Below, in pieces: positions 28,521 through 45,454 of a stretch of DNA of 64,000 bases. The notes below the pieces were generated by a model that made no database searches, was not told the origin of the DNA, and saw only the letters and a program-made list of their open reading frames with translations. The stretch is from Eledone cirrhosa (lineage: Eukaryota). Position 1 is the stretch's first letter, and every line of letters starts with the position of its first letter. Location of the stretch: NCBI GenBank assembly GCA_964016885.1, contig OZ024742.1:341434001-341498000 (forward strand). Reading direction: 5' to 3'. The position numbers and the translations under genes were made by a program.

Positions 28521-28946
28521 AAAATAGTAGAAAGGAAAAAGATATTTTCAGGAAGATATCAAAACATTAATTTATTTACAATACCGGTTTCAGAATTATA
28601 TGCATTGTCAATTGCGGATATGCAGAATGTTGTTAAGTTGCATATTTGTACAAATAATGATAATAATGAAAATAAAAAGGGGAAGAAAAATTGATTTTCA
28701 CATACATGTTCATTCATAGAAACGGATGCAACTTAACAATATTCAACTTAACAATATATGCAACTTAACAATATTCTGCATATCCGCAATTGAGAATGCA
28801 TATAATGCTGAAACTGGTATTGTAAATAAATTAATGTTTTGATATCTCACTGAAAAAAATCTCTTCAACATTTTCTACATAAAGAATCTTTTTCCTTTCT
28901 ATTTGTTTTTATATATACCAACTAGTGTGTTATTTTTCTACATTCG
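28517..28946. mobile_element. Palindromic solo PLE terminal repeat with decayed hammerheads (28578-28615 minus; 28786-28823 plus)
   Basis: Inverted arms ~28517-28645 / 28757-28910. Consensus of the two arms: GCAA TTGACAA TGCA..TGCT GAAA CCGG TA TTGT. (TA)n flanks and a ~30-nt unpaired extension. Confidence 0.72.
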
Positions 28947-29000
<54 letters not shown>

Positions 29001-29172
29001 TTATATAATATAATATAATATAAGTATATATATATTCTCTCTATATACATCTATATCTATGTACATATATGCATTTATGGATGAATTTATGTATGTCGGT
29101 GTATATGCATATGTGTTTGTATGTCTATATGTATGTATGTGTGTATGTATGCATGTATGTATATATGTATGT

Positions 29173-29622
29173 ATAGAGATGACCCCCTTAACCTTTGTCA
29201 AGGCAGAATTCTAGGAGAAGGAAAACTCTGATATAACACCTGCAACCCTGATGGTATCCAATGATGTTGACTTGTTCTTCTTTTTGGTAAATATCATCTT
29301 GGTTAAGAGAGTGGAACTGGCTATGTGCAGTGCCTTTTCTCACTATAAAATCTTCACGGCACAGGCATTGCTTTATATCTGGAGATCTCTCTGCACTTGC
29401 CGTCACATGGTACCATGGGCCCAGCACTATGTGTCAATAATTGTCACAAGTGTAGTGTTTGTACCAGAGTTTTCAAGTCGCAGGCTGGACTAAAAAGTCA
29501 CACTCGTTCAGCGCATCGGTAGGGGTTCTCCTACATGGATATAAAGTAGTGGCCGTACTCGTAAATGAGTTGACAGGCACCATGTATGCATGTATGTATA
29601 TATGTATGTATGTATGTATGTA
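29173..29622 (+). mobile_element. Short non-autonomous element 'X' (~410 bp + (ATGT)n tail) with an RTE-type head motif
   Basis: Second copy at 22098-22485. Head contains TCTAGGAGAAGGAAAACTCTGA. Embedded in (TATG)n. Confidence 0.7.
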
Positions 29623-29942
29623 TGCAATCTGTACAAACTGTTCCCAAATTCGACAATTAGGAAATTGCATTGCAAAGTTTACAGCAATTAGGGAAACGTC
29701 AAAAATGATATTTTTCTAATGACAGCCATCAAACTGTTTTTACTACTCGGAACATAAAATAATATATACAACATACAGTATATAATAATATATATAACAT
29801 ACAGTATATAATAATATATATAACATACAGTATATGATAAAACATAGCTATGTTATAAATATAGAGAATTTATAGTTCACGAATGTTTTTCTAAGCTTCA
29901 AAAGTACTCCTTATATTCAATACATGCGCGCGTGTGTGTTTC

Positions 29943-30465
<523 letters not shown>

Positions 30466-30610
30466 ATTTAGTATAACACTATACTTTAATAGGCGCTGGT
30501 TACCTCCCTATTGACATCTCAATGCAATAGTTTGTCAATAGGTTTTGTGTTTTCTTTCATTCTTACTCATAGTTCCGATTCGTCATGTGTCTCCAATTAT
30601 AACATGTATG

Positions 30611-30639
30611 GCAGCAGCAGCAGCAGCAGCAACAGTAGC

Positions 30640-30693
<54 letters not shown>
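30611..30693 (+). repeat. (CAG)n-(TAG)n compound trinucleotide repeat
   Basis: Seen directly in the sequence. Confidence 0.95.
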
Positions 30694-30694
<1 letters not shown>

Positions 30695-31223
30695 CGTACG
30701 TACTCTGCACCACCAATAATATTATTTGAGGGTGTAGTAGTGAGGGCCGTTTGCCTAGCTGTATATGTATATACCTTATCCTATGGGGTCGTTATGGCAC
30801 TGTAGTGACATACAGAGCGTTTTGGACATTTAAACCTGGCGGAGCACGTCCTCTCTCTCTAGGTCTGAACCCATTTCTTCCAGAGAGGATAGAACATGAT
30901 AGAGAGGAAGTGAGAAAGAGATAAGGGGACGTCTTTGTCGCAGCACTACACTGGTACACTTTTGCTAGTCCTCCGAACAGATAAAAGGTACAAAATGACC
31001 TCGGAGGATTTGAAAGAGAGTTGAGATTCGGAAGGTATACCGTAAAGCATTCTATCCTTTGTTCTAACGACTCTACCAATTCCTCACCTATAAATGTGTA
31101 GGACCGAGCAGAACTAAATGTTTGACCTTGGAACTACTTTATCTAATGGCTTCAACTGCATCCACAGTTTCTAAAATTTCCCTTGCTCTCAAGCACACAC
31201 ACACACACAAACACACACACAAA

Positions 31224-31276
<53 letters not shown>

Positions 31277-31584
31277 ACACACATTCACAACACCGGTGTA
31301 TACCACGCAACACACATATATACACCTGCACTCACGTGACCCTCAAGTTCCTACTCACACACATACATATTTACCATATCGAACCCAGCAGTCCCACTTT
31401 GCATGAGATGTATCTTTCCATGCACACCACATGCATACACACACAAACAGTTGCATCATAAAGTCATATATATGCATCCACTGCCATTATAACACTACCT
31501 ACCCACTCCCTCCACATCCACTACACATTTAAATGCATGCATGCGTATGTGCACGTGTATGTGCGTACACATGCACATGCCATA

Positions 31585-32482
31585 ATAACACACCAACGAC
31601 ATACAACACTCCATGGGTCACGCTTGAGTGTGTATGTGTGCGTGTATCTCCTACGCATGCGTGCTGGGGTTATGGCACCCACCGTCGGTGTTGAATATTT
31701 GCCAACATTAACGACCCCCACCACTTTCTAACACTATCTCTGTCTACGTACACAGTGACTCCACACTTCGTAGTTAAGCTGTTTGCGGTTGTGTCGCCAT
31801 ATCGTCGTACGAAGGCCAAACAGTTTCTATTACGGTCATACTATGAAATAAAACAAGGTTACCATTATATTTACTACTGCCTCCCTTTTATTACAACCCA
31901 TTGAGACTGTTTCTGCGTGTAAGTGGATATGTGTGTCTGCAGAATTTCTCATCTATTGATATACATCCTTGGGTTGAACCGCTCATGCGCGCCATGCGCG
32001 CGCACATTCACACCGCTAAACTCCCTCAGCAGCCAGCTCGGTTAAGGTCTAATCGACATCTGTTCACAGCTTTGTACAAATAAACGAACATACTAACACA
32101 CACACAAAACGCACAGAAACACACACACACATTCGCACATACAAGTGTCCCCTCAAATTATACAAGGATTATTTCCCTTTCAAATCCTCTCTAATATCTA
32201 AGATACCCACTGACCAGCATTTCCCCAAAATGGCTGACTGATCTCACACGTGCTTTCTCTTCAAAAAATATTTCCATTCCTTCCTCTTCTCGTACTCTAT
32301 CTTTCTATTTCATCCTTTATTTCTCACTTTATCTTCTGGTGAAGAACTAATGTCCGAAACGTTATGACTCTTTTCCTACTGTATTGGATTGTACTGTATT
32401 GTTAGCTTTTCTATTTCCGTTTATTTTTAGCATACATACATACATATGAGTACATATATATATATATGTGTATATATATATA

Positions 32483-32519
<37 letters not shown>

Positions 32520-32820
32520 AGAAAATATCCGTAGGTGTGAAAAAGAAAAACAATGCTCACCCAGGGAAGAGAGCATGCCACCACATAATATGTTTATACC
32601 TTATCCTATATACCTGTCATTTCTAATCGTGTCGTAGCAGCACAACACACCACCGACATACAACACTCTATAGGTCACGTGTGCATGTGTACTTGTATCT
32701 CCTACATACAGGTGGCACCAATTGCCGGGGTAGGGTACCGTCTGTGTTGAATGTGATCCCAACATTTAAGCCCCTATCCTTCTCTACGCACGCAGAGACT
32801 TCACACTTCGTAGTTCAGCC
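31585..32820 (+). repeat. Two diverged direct copies (~190 bp) of an unclassified repeat at 31585-31780 and 32640-32820
   Basis: Shared CGACATACAACACTC..GGTCACG..TGTATCTCCTAC..GTGTTGAAT..CACACTTCGTAGTT. Confidence 0.65.
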
Positions 32821-33344
32821 AAACACTATTTCAAATTTGCATTTTTGAGTTATTTCCCTTTGTTATAATACGTTTTTCGTAAATTAGCGTTTTAGAGAGC
32901 TATACTTTTAACAACATCTTCAAAGTCGTCTAAGTGCCTGGAGATTAGGATACAATTTTGACCCCTCTTACAATCTGGAGATATGGTCAGTATTGGGCCT
33001 TAAAACCTTAGATAACACCCTTGTTCCGTCTATGAACGTATATAGATAATTTATATATATACGTGTGTGTGAGTGTCCTTAACAGCAAGATGTTTAACTT
33101 TCAATAATTTTATCGTCCGTTTTAATCTCCTGATGAACCGAGGCTTGTAAAGTGTATAGAGCTTCTCTCACCTTAACAAAGATAATAGTGAAGTACTACA
33201 CTATAATCACATATATATATATATGGTGATACCCCAAAATGGCTGCAGTCTAATGTGTGTGTAGGTGGTCTAATATGTGTGTGTATGTGTGTGTGCGTGA
33301 GCTTGTGTCTGACTTTATCTTTGTTTGTATGTTTGTATGTTTGT

Positions 33345-33460
33345 GAATGAAAGCGTGTAGTCTAGGGTGTTGGGCTCATGATCATAATGTTGCGAGTTTG
33401 ATTCCTGGACCGTTTAGGGCGTTGTGCTCTTGAGCAAGACTCTTCATTCCACGTTTCTTG
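33345..33460 (+). mobile_element. Degenerate tRNA-derived SINE head + CORE-like domain
   Basis: B-box-like GAGTTTGATTCC followed by GTTGTGCTCTTGAGCAAGAC. Confidence 0.55.
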
Positions 33461-34244
33461 TCGTGATAGGTCATTAAACTGCCAGAGAAAGCCTTTATGA
33501 GATGCAAATTCATGGAATGCCAGCTAAACCTGCATAAGTCTTGGCGTATATATTTCATTTTATTTTATCATTCAGACGTACGTACCACGATAGGAAAATA
33601 GATTAGCTTGAATCTGATTTCAAATTACCCCTGCATTGTTCATATGACATCTGACTGATAAAATGATAAGTCAGTCAATCATAATGGTGGCGTCCCCACA
33701 GCCCCGGCGGACAGAATGGAGAAGGCGTTTCCCCCGGAGGACGACAAGAGAGACGCGCTGGAAAAGCCATTCTAGCTCGCGAGGCTCACACCTGCGGCTG
33801 GCCAGGTGTACTCATTTGTATGAGTAGCTTTTGTTTTGCTGTTCATGGTGTTTTTCGGAATAGGATTAGGCATAGATTTAGGGTTAGAAAATGAGAACAT
33901 GTGAATAGTAAACACTTGATATTTAGGCTCTCATCAAGATTTGCTATACCTGTCACATGATTTCTAATTAACACTAAAGCCGTATAAACATTCTGTAGTC
34001 TAGAGAAACTGGTGAGGTTGATGAAGAAGTTTTGACAACAAGCGACGAAAATAACTTCCCTTTCCGGAAAACGAACTATCTTTAATTTTGGTTTAACATA
34101 GAATAATCTTTGCAGCAAGATTAAATTCGGTTTTATATATACAATAAATGACAATACGTAGTCTGAAACAATATGTATGTATATACATGTATATGCGACT
34201 GTACATATGTATGTATATATATAACTGTGTGTATGTATATATAT

Positions 34245-34343
<99 letters not shown>

Positions 34344-34447
34344 CGTGCGTGTGTGTGTTACAGTGTATAGGCAATAAAGACATTAAAGAGAAACCTCGTT
34401 TTGTTCTTAATATATATGAATATATATGAATATATATGTATATATAT

Positions 34448-36340
34448 TTAGCCTAAGAAAATATATATATGCCTATGTATATAATTACATGCATACATTT
34501 ATTTTTTTAAATTAATTGAGTTCTTTACACGAGGAATTGACATTGGTTTTGAAATAACTAATTAATCCGCGTGTGTTTTATATTTTACTCTTAATTCGGC
34601 CGGAGATTTACATTCCCATTTACCCTTTAAAGCATAAATTTCCGTATTTACTACGGTTACGAGATGCGGTTTCTTATTCAGGTACAACCTCTGATTTTAG
34701 CCTAAGAAAATATCTATATGCGGGTGTAATTTATACACGCATATATTTATTTTTTTAATTTCAGTTGAGTTCTTAACACGTTGGATTGATAATGTTTTCG
34801 AGAAAACTGATTAACCCGCGTGTATATTATTTTTTTTTCCTCCTTTCATGGATCGTAGTTGTCTCCCCTTCCCGCTTAGTGACGCTATAATACTTTCTCA
34901 GTCAAAAACTGCTGGAATTTCAAATTTGCCGGTCATTCGATGCGGGAAGGAGCAACTTAAACAGACACGAATTTTAACTGCGGTAAGAAAAAATGTTTTT
35001 CTTATATCAAAGTTTAATGGGCTTCCACTGATGATTTATAAGCGCCCACCTAAATATATTCTAACATGAATGTATTTTAGGCTTCTACATAAACTGGAAA
35101 TATTCTCCGAGATTGTAGAAAACTTATAATGAAACAATTGTTTGGAAATAGAGATATATTTTAACTTTAATTATATCTCATAAAATAATACAACTGACTT
35201 TTCCACATAATACATATTGTTAGCACCCCAAACACTTAAATTGGGTTTATATTAAAATATAACCTAATGTTTGTTGAGTGAGATGGTTACCAGTCAGAGA
35301 TTAGCTTTAAACTATCTCTGTTATCGTATTAATATTTTACTCTTGATTGGCCAGAGGTGTTTATTTCCAGGTACCTTATAAATTTGACTTTCCGTATTTA
35401 TTACTGTTGTGCGATATTGTGGTTTTTATTGGTTGTAACTTCTCTGTTTTTTAGCCTAAGAAAATATATATATGCCTATGTATATAATTACATGCATACA
35501 TTTATTTTTTTTAATTAATTGAGTTCTTTACACGAGGAATTGATATTAGTTTTGAAATAACTAATTAACCCGCGTGTGTTTTATATTTTACTCTTAATTC
35601 GGCCGGAGATTTACATTCCCATTTACCCTTTAAAGCATAAATTTCCGTATTTACTACGGTTACGAGATGCGGTTTCTTATTCAGGTACAACCTCTGATTT
35701 TAGCCTAAGAAAATATCTATATGCGGGTGTAATTTATACACGCATATATTTATTTTTTTAATTTCAATTGAGTTTTTAACACGTTGGATTGATAATGTTT
35801 TCGAGAAAACTGATTAACCCGCGTGTATATTATTATTTTTTTTTTCCTCCTTTCGTGGATCGTAGTTGTCTCCCCTTCCCGCTTAGTGACGCTATAATAC
35901 TTCCTCAGTCAAAAACTGCTGGAATTTCAAATTTGCCGGTCATTCGATGCGGGAAGGAGCAACTTAAACAGACACGAATTTTAACTGCGGTAAGAAAAAA
36001 TGTTTTTCTTATATCAAAGTTTAATGGGCTTCCACTGATGATTTATAAGGGCCCACCTAAATATATTCTAACATGAATGTATTTTAGGCTTCTAGATAAA
36101 CTGGAAATATTCTCCGAGATTGTAGAAAACTTATAGTGAAACAATTGTTTGGAAAGAGAGATATATTTTAACTTTAATTATATCTCATAAAATAATACAA
36201 CTGGCTTTTCCACATAATACATATTGTTAGCACCCCAAACACTTAAATTGGGTTTATATTAAAATATAACCTAATGTTTGTTGAGTGAGATGGTTACCAG
36301 TCAGAGATTAGCTTTAAACTATCTCTGTTATTGTATTAAT

Positions 36341-36341
<1 letters not shown>
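34448..36341 (+). repeat. Recent ~1003-bp tandem duplication containing older ~250-bp subrepeats
   Basis: 34448-35330 is nearly identical to 35451-36341 (identical ORFs at 34573 and 35576). TTAGCCTAAGAAAATAT recurs at ~34448, 34697, 35451 and 35700. Confidence 0.93.
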
Positions 36342-36392
<51 letters not shown>

Positions 36393-36395
<3 letters not shown>

Positions 36396-37118
36396 TTATA
36401 GGAATAACCAAAGAGTGCTTAGAAATACATTGTTTTATTAGCTAAGTGTTTCATCCATACACCATGGCAGGAATCTTCAGAGCTTATAAACATGAGTATA
36501 TCAGTAGTTCCATGCTCCATCGACCTGCGTCACCAGAACAAGGTTAAATGACCAGCAGAGGGTCCCGAGGATAGCGCTATATGGAAAAATACAGAATACA
36601 TGATGCACATAATGTCATAAAATGTCTTAAAAATTTAAAAATTAAAAATTAAAAATTACACCAAAAATTTATCACTTAGATAGTGCAACCTCTTTATCAT
36701 CTACTGCACTATCTAAGTGATACATTTTTGGTGTAATTTTTAATTTTTAATTTTTTAAATTTTAAGACATTTTATGACATTATGTGCATCATGTATTCTG
36801 TATTTTTCCAACAGCGCTAGCCTCGGGACCCCCCCCCCCCCTGCTAGTCATTTAACCTTGTTCTGGTGACGCAGCTCGATGGAGCATGCAACTACTGATA
36901 TATACTCATGTTTATAGGCTCTGAATATTCCTGCCATGGTGTATGGATGAAACACTGTTAGCTAATAAAACAATGTATTTCTAAGCACTCTTTGGTTATT
37001 CCTATAACTATAACGGCTCTGTAGTATACTAGTTGTCCTACATTGTGCTAAAACCACACTGTCATACCAAGGGCAGTATATCTACATGTCTGAGTATATT
37101 GATATATTTGTCAACGAA
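36393..37118. mobile_element. Palindromic solo PLE terminal repeat with hammerheads (36440-36484 minus; 36917-36963 plus)
   Basis: ~300-bp inverted arms 36393-36687 / 36705-37010 with a ~17-nt spacer and a ~108-nt unpaired extension. Minus strand reads AGCT CTGAAGA TTCC..GGAT GAAA CAC TT AGCT. (TA)n flanks. Confidence 0.8.
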
Positions 37119-37178
37119 ATATATATATAAATATATATATATTATATATATATACATATATATATACATATATATGTG

Positions 37179-37281
<103 letters not shown>

Positions 37282-37736
37282 TTCGTTTCTGAATTTGTTT
37301 AGCAAGATTCTTTATCTGAAAACGTGTGTTGAAACCGATATTGTTATACTTTGGGAGGGTCATGTTGCCAATAAGAAACACACGCACCAGTTGCTTTCAC
37401 TTCAATTTATTATAATAAATTTATAAATTTAGGAATTTATAAATTTCCGGTTGGTTGGTTGGTTCCACAACCAGATGGTTGTTTATATATTGTCAAAGTT
37501 CTTTCGTCACACATTATGTGACCTCTTCAGTGACTGGGGATTCTTTTCTTTGTTTTTTGTGCCTCTCCTTTGTTCTGTCCTACGCCATTTTGTTTCTGTG
37601 TGTGTGTTGTGTGCTCAGTCTGCGCATGCGCCACATCCGGGTGTCTGTGTGTGTTTATATTCGTTTATTTATTTGTTTATTTACATGTTACAGGTTGGTT
37701 GTTTGTTCTATGTGCGTGTGTGTTTTCATTTTGTCC

Positions 37737-39131
37737 TTAATTGTAAGTTGTGATGTTGCTGTTCCACTCATGTTTTCTATTTAATTTTGGTTGTAATTCT
37801 TTTATGTTTATTGCCTCTGTGATTTGTCTAAACATTGCGTCTTTTCTGTGTGTAGATTCTATTTTTATTTCTATGTTCTCTAATTTACCCTTATGTTCTA
37901 TTTTAGCATGTTGGTAGAGTACAGATGATTCTTTACTATCTTGAAGGTCTCGCCAGTGTTCATTTATCCGTTCCCCTACACTACGAGCTGTCTCACCTAT
38001 GTACACTATATTTTTGTCTCTACATTGTCCTTCAGTACATCTTATGCTATATACTACATTTCTAGTTTTACAGTTAATATGGGGGCTTAATTTACAGGTT
38101 ATACATTTCTTATCTATACAGGGGGGTCTTTGAAAAGGGTATGTCTTGCTAATAAGTGTTTTTACGGAGGTACCTGGTCTTTCTACTATCTTAATATTGA
38201 GTTTATGTTTATCTAGCGCCCTTCTAAATTTGTAAGCTAATTCACCTCTAGGGGTTGTATCGATGAACATTACACTCTAGTATTTATTGCTATCATACCA
38301 TGAGTTTATTCTATTAGCCTTATTCCTAGTTCTTTCTATTCTATTCTAAAATGTGCCCCTATACAAGGGGCAGGTCCCATTTGTGTCATTATTTACCATT
38401 TTTTCCCATTTGGTTCTGGCTCCTCTATACACTCTGATTTTATCTCTCTGATTGTAACCAGAGAACTGCATACGGTGGATGAAGTGTTGTATGTGTCTCT
38501 CTAGTTCTTCGGGGTTACACATGCGGGACACGTTCTCATCACCCGTACCAAATCCGCAATCAGTATGTTGATTTTGGTATGGTCCGAAACGGCCGAGTTT
38601 CGGTGGATCAGATATTTGGAAGTCATGGGTTTGGCATAATGGGAATGGAGGATTTGTTTTTTGTTATTAATGGTATCTAACCAGAGCTCTGTGTCTAGTA
38701 CAGGTAATCGATGGTTGGGGTGTTTACTTGGGTAGTCTATAGTAACTCTAATGCTCTGGTGGATGGAGTTAGCTATTTGCTGGATGCTTTCCATTGTGTT
38801 TTTCTCTAATTCCTGACTGTTCTCTAGTGGGGGTGTCTTAACTACGATGTTTATATCATCAACGTAGCGGGAGTACATTATCAGGGTTAAGGGGTCTTCT
38901 AATTGTTCTTTAAGTTTAAGTTTAAGTCTACTGTCCCACCATACCATGAATAAATTAGCTATGTCGCCTGCAATGCTAACACCAATGGCTGCTCCTTCCT
39001 CTTGGGCATATGTTTTCCCATTAAACTTTAACACATGTTCCTTAAGAGTTAATTTTATGCTGGCCCCCACCGCATGTGCAATCATTTTCTTTAGTTCATC
39101 GTGGTTTTCGGGTGTCCGTATGGCTCTGGTC
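37737..39131 (-). pseudogene. PLE RT (C-terminal part) + GIY-YIG endonuclease, disrupted
   Basis: GAAIGVSIAGDIANLFM, YSRYVDD, LPVLDTEL, VVYSIRC..VYIGETARS..ERINEH, LNRKHEW. Frameshift near 38520 and in-frame stops near 38280 and 38346. Confidence 0.9.
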
Positions 39132-39239
39132 CACCCGGATGTGGCGCATGCGCAGACTGAGCACACAACACACACACAGAAAGAAAATGGCGTAGGACAG
39201 AACAAAGGAGAGGCACAAAAACAAAGAAAAGAATCCCCA

Positions 39240-39282
39240 GTTACTGAAGAGGTCACAGAATGTGTGACGAAAGAACTTTGAC
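39240..39282 (+). ncRNA. Minimal hammerhead ribozyme; mirror copy at 37492-37534 (-)
   Basis: GTTA CTGAAGA G GTCACA..TGTGAC GAAA GAAC TT TGAC. Confidence 0.75.
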
Positions 39283-39427
39283 AATATATAAACAACCATC
39301 TGGTTGTGGAACCAACCAACCAACTGGAAATTTATAAATTCCTAAATTTATAAATTTATTATAATAAATTGAAGTGAAGCAACTGGTGCGTGTGTTTCTT
39401 ATTGGCAACATGACCCTCCCAAAGTAT

Positions 39428-39486
<59 letters not shown>

Positions 39487-39535
39487 TATACATAAATATA
39501 TATATATGTGTATATATATTATATAAATATATATG

Positions 39536-39575
<40 letters not shown>

Positions 39576-39709
39576 TATATACATATATAGTCGGGTGAGT
39601 ACAGGGTGATCCTAATTAGCTTAAAGTTAAGACGTGCAAGTGTAGAAAGAAGCCATATTAGTATTAAACTTCATTCCAAAAATAACACATAACTAATTCG
39701 ATGATGTGA

Positions 39710-40367
39710 GGATCATAATAACGAGGATGATGACGATGGTGATGACGATGGTGATGACGATGGTGATGACGATGGTGACGATGACGAGGATGATGACGAT
39801 GGTGATGACGATGGTGATGACGATGGTGATGACGTTGATGATGACGATGATGATGACGAGGATGATGATGACGATGGTGATGACGTTGGTGATGACGATG
39901 GTGATGACGATGGTGATGACGATGGTGATGACGTTGATGATGACGATGGTGATGACGATGATGATGATGATGATGACGATGACGAGGATGATGACGATGG
40001 TGATGACGATGGTGATGACGATGGTGATGACGATGGTGATGACCATGGTGATGATGATGGTGATGACGATGGTGATGATGATGATGACGTTGGTGATGAC
40101 GATGGTGATGACGATGATGATGATGATGATGATGACGTTGGTGATGACGATGGTGATGGCGTTGGTGATGACGATGGTGACGATGACGATGGTGATGACG
40201 ATGGTGATGACGTTGGTGATGACGTTGGTGATGGCGTTGGTGATGACGATGGTGATGACGTTGGTAATGACGATGGTGATGACGATGACGATGACGTTGG
40301 TGATGACGTTGGTGATGACGATGGTGATGACGATGGTAATGACGATGGTGACGATGGCGATGGTGAC
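39710..40367 (+). repeat. GATGACGATGGT-based 12-mer/trinucleotide satellite
   Basis: Seen directly in the sequence. Confidence 0.95.
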
Positions 40368-40479
40368 TATAAAGATAACAATGATGAATATTCGACGATG
40401 TATTACCTGAAACGACCTGAAATGCAAATGGATCTTTGGATTATATATATAGGTCTGTCATTCGCCTAAAGGGACGTTT

Positions 40480-43800
<3,321 letters not shown>

Positions 43801-44562
43801 TGGCTAGCTGTTTTTCTTCTATAATCAATATAAAAGCTCCTTCACGTGGTTTAAATTTTTTTTTAATTCTACTATTATGGTTTATCGCATAGAGTAGAGC
43901 ACTCTGGAGTTAAATTTTTACATATAGAGGGATCACATTTGAATAAATAAATAATCTTGGAAAGTTAAGTACAGTCGCTAGCTTGCTGAACAACCAATCG
44001 AATATTCGATGGTTCATTTTCGATCAAATGCTGTCCTTTATCTAGCAATAAAACGTTTAACGCTGAAACTTTACGTCTGTCTGTGAACAGTTTGAACAAA
44101 GTAATGCGTTGCTCTGAATTTGTCAATGGATTTCTATATTTGCCGTGTCGAGACCTTAGGCGTCCTTAGAACCCGTACAGCCAAGATCTTCTGTAAAATC
44201 GGAACATCAGCAGCCCGTCTGAGGAAAGAGCCCCGCGAGGCAGGGTGGCCGTTGCAGCAGGTGTCGCTGGCCATTGTCTGTGTAAAGGCCTTTGTAGTTT
44301 TCTCCGCGGGGCGCAGCCGAAACTCTACCCGACCTAGGCACAGGGTCTGTCACACTCACCACCTCTCTTTCCCCTGTTGCCTAATAGTCCTTGCTCTTTC
44401 CCTCCTTTTCTTCATATTTATAACTTCCCTTTACAGCCAGATCTGTCCTTCCTTACCTCTTTCTCTCTTGTTTTTTCATTACTTAATTTTGTTTTTATAA
44501 TATTTTCATATTTCCAGCATTGCTTAACTTCTATTCGTAAAATATAGTTGACATAATATAAT

Positions 44563-44750
44563 TGTTTCTACTTTTGGCACAAGGCCAGCAATTATTCCAG
44601 TGCATTACTGGTACTTTATTTTATCGACCCCGTAAGGATGAAAGGCAAAGTTAACCTCGGCGGGATTTGAACTCAGATCATAAAGGGAGGTAACTCTATG
44701 CTTCAAAGCATGGCGTCCGACCCTTACCGATACTGCCAATCCACCGCCCT
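44563..44750 (-). mobile_element. tRNA-derived SINE (cephalopod-type) with 18-bp TSD
   Basis: Minus strand: GGCGGTGGATTGGCAGTATCGGTAAG (A box), GAGTTCAAATCCC (B box), TTTGCCTTTCATCCTT..GGGGTCGATAAAATAAAGTACCAG. TSD TAGTTGACATAATATAAT at 44545-44562 and 44751-44768. Confidence 0.92.
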
Positions 44751-44814
44751 TAGTTGACATAATATAATACAAAATAAAATGTATTTCCTAAAACAATTAA
44801 TTTCTCTTGTAGCC

Positions 44815-44921
44815 TCAATTACTCCTGTGACCTTCAATTACTCCTGCGACCTTCAATTACTCCTGTGACCTTCAATTACTCCTGTGACCTTCAATTACTC
44901 CTGTGACTTTCAATTACTCCT
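44815..44921 (+). repeat. 19-bp minisatellite (TTCAATTACTCCTGTGACC) x ~5.5
   Basis: Head-to-tail copies without spacers. Confidence 0.93.
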
Positions 44922-44987
44922 TGTATATTTTTTAGCTAAAAATTGCTTCCCGTAATAAAAAGATTCCCTACCCCTGGGTATCACTCT

Positions 44988-45046
44988 TACTCTATGTCCA
45001 TTTAACTAAGTACTCACCGTGTACTTAGTTAAATGGACATAGAGTA
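44988..45046. repeat. Perfect 26-bp hairpin with a 7-nt loop
   Basis: TACTCTATGTCCATTTAACTAAGTAC-tcaccgt-GTACTTAGTTAAATGGACATAGAGTA. Confidence 0.9.
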
Positions 45047-45307
45047 GAATGAGAAGGTTACTTTCTGCTTTTTAGACTTTTTCTCTACAATGTCATCTGT
45101 GAAGTGACATATATATTGACAATATTGTTTTGAATTGTTGTATATTCTAATTTCACATCTAGCCGCTGTTCACATTTTATACTTCTAGAATCAATATAAT
45201 GACACATGTACCAGTAATATACGGGGCTATATCTCGCCAGTCAATTATTACACTCATTTTTTTTTTAAATGTTTTCTTGCGCCTCGGAAAACTAATTATT
45301 TGTGACC

Positions 45308-45400
<93 letters not shown>

Positions 45401-45454
45401 GAAAGTAGAGAAATTAATGTGAGCAAGAAGCCAACAGTATTTCATAATATATAA

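Larger units (their letters stand above)
37282..39434 (-). mobile_element. Penelope-like retroelement, 5'-truncated, with inverted pLTR
   Basis: Arms 37338-37643 / 39132-39434 enclose an RT and GIY-YIG remnant; (TA)n flanks. Confidence 0.92.

Noticed and set aside
30790-31190. GC-richer islands here and at 33690-33810 and 44140-44350 as possible exons
   Set aside because: No recognisable motif or consistent splice signals; probably decayed retroelement fragments, left unannotated.
33126-33162. CTC-CTGATGA..TA-GAG hammerhead-like string
   Set aside because: No GAAA box, no convincing stem II and no mirror copy.
39132-39323. Apparent N-terminus (MVGSTTRW...) of ORF 38501-39319; likewise MLIIFK of ORF 59535-61661
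   Set aside because: Both are encoded by the inverted arm fused at the truncation point, so they are not real starts.
44815-44921. Short repeats resembling a CRISPR array
   Set aside because: No spacers; a plain minisatellite in eukaryotic DNA.
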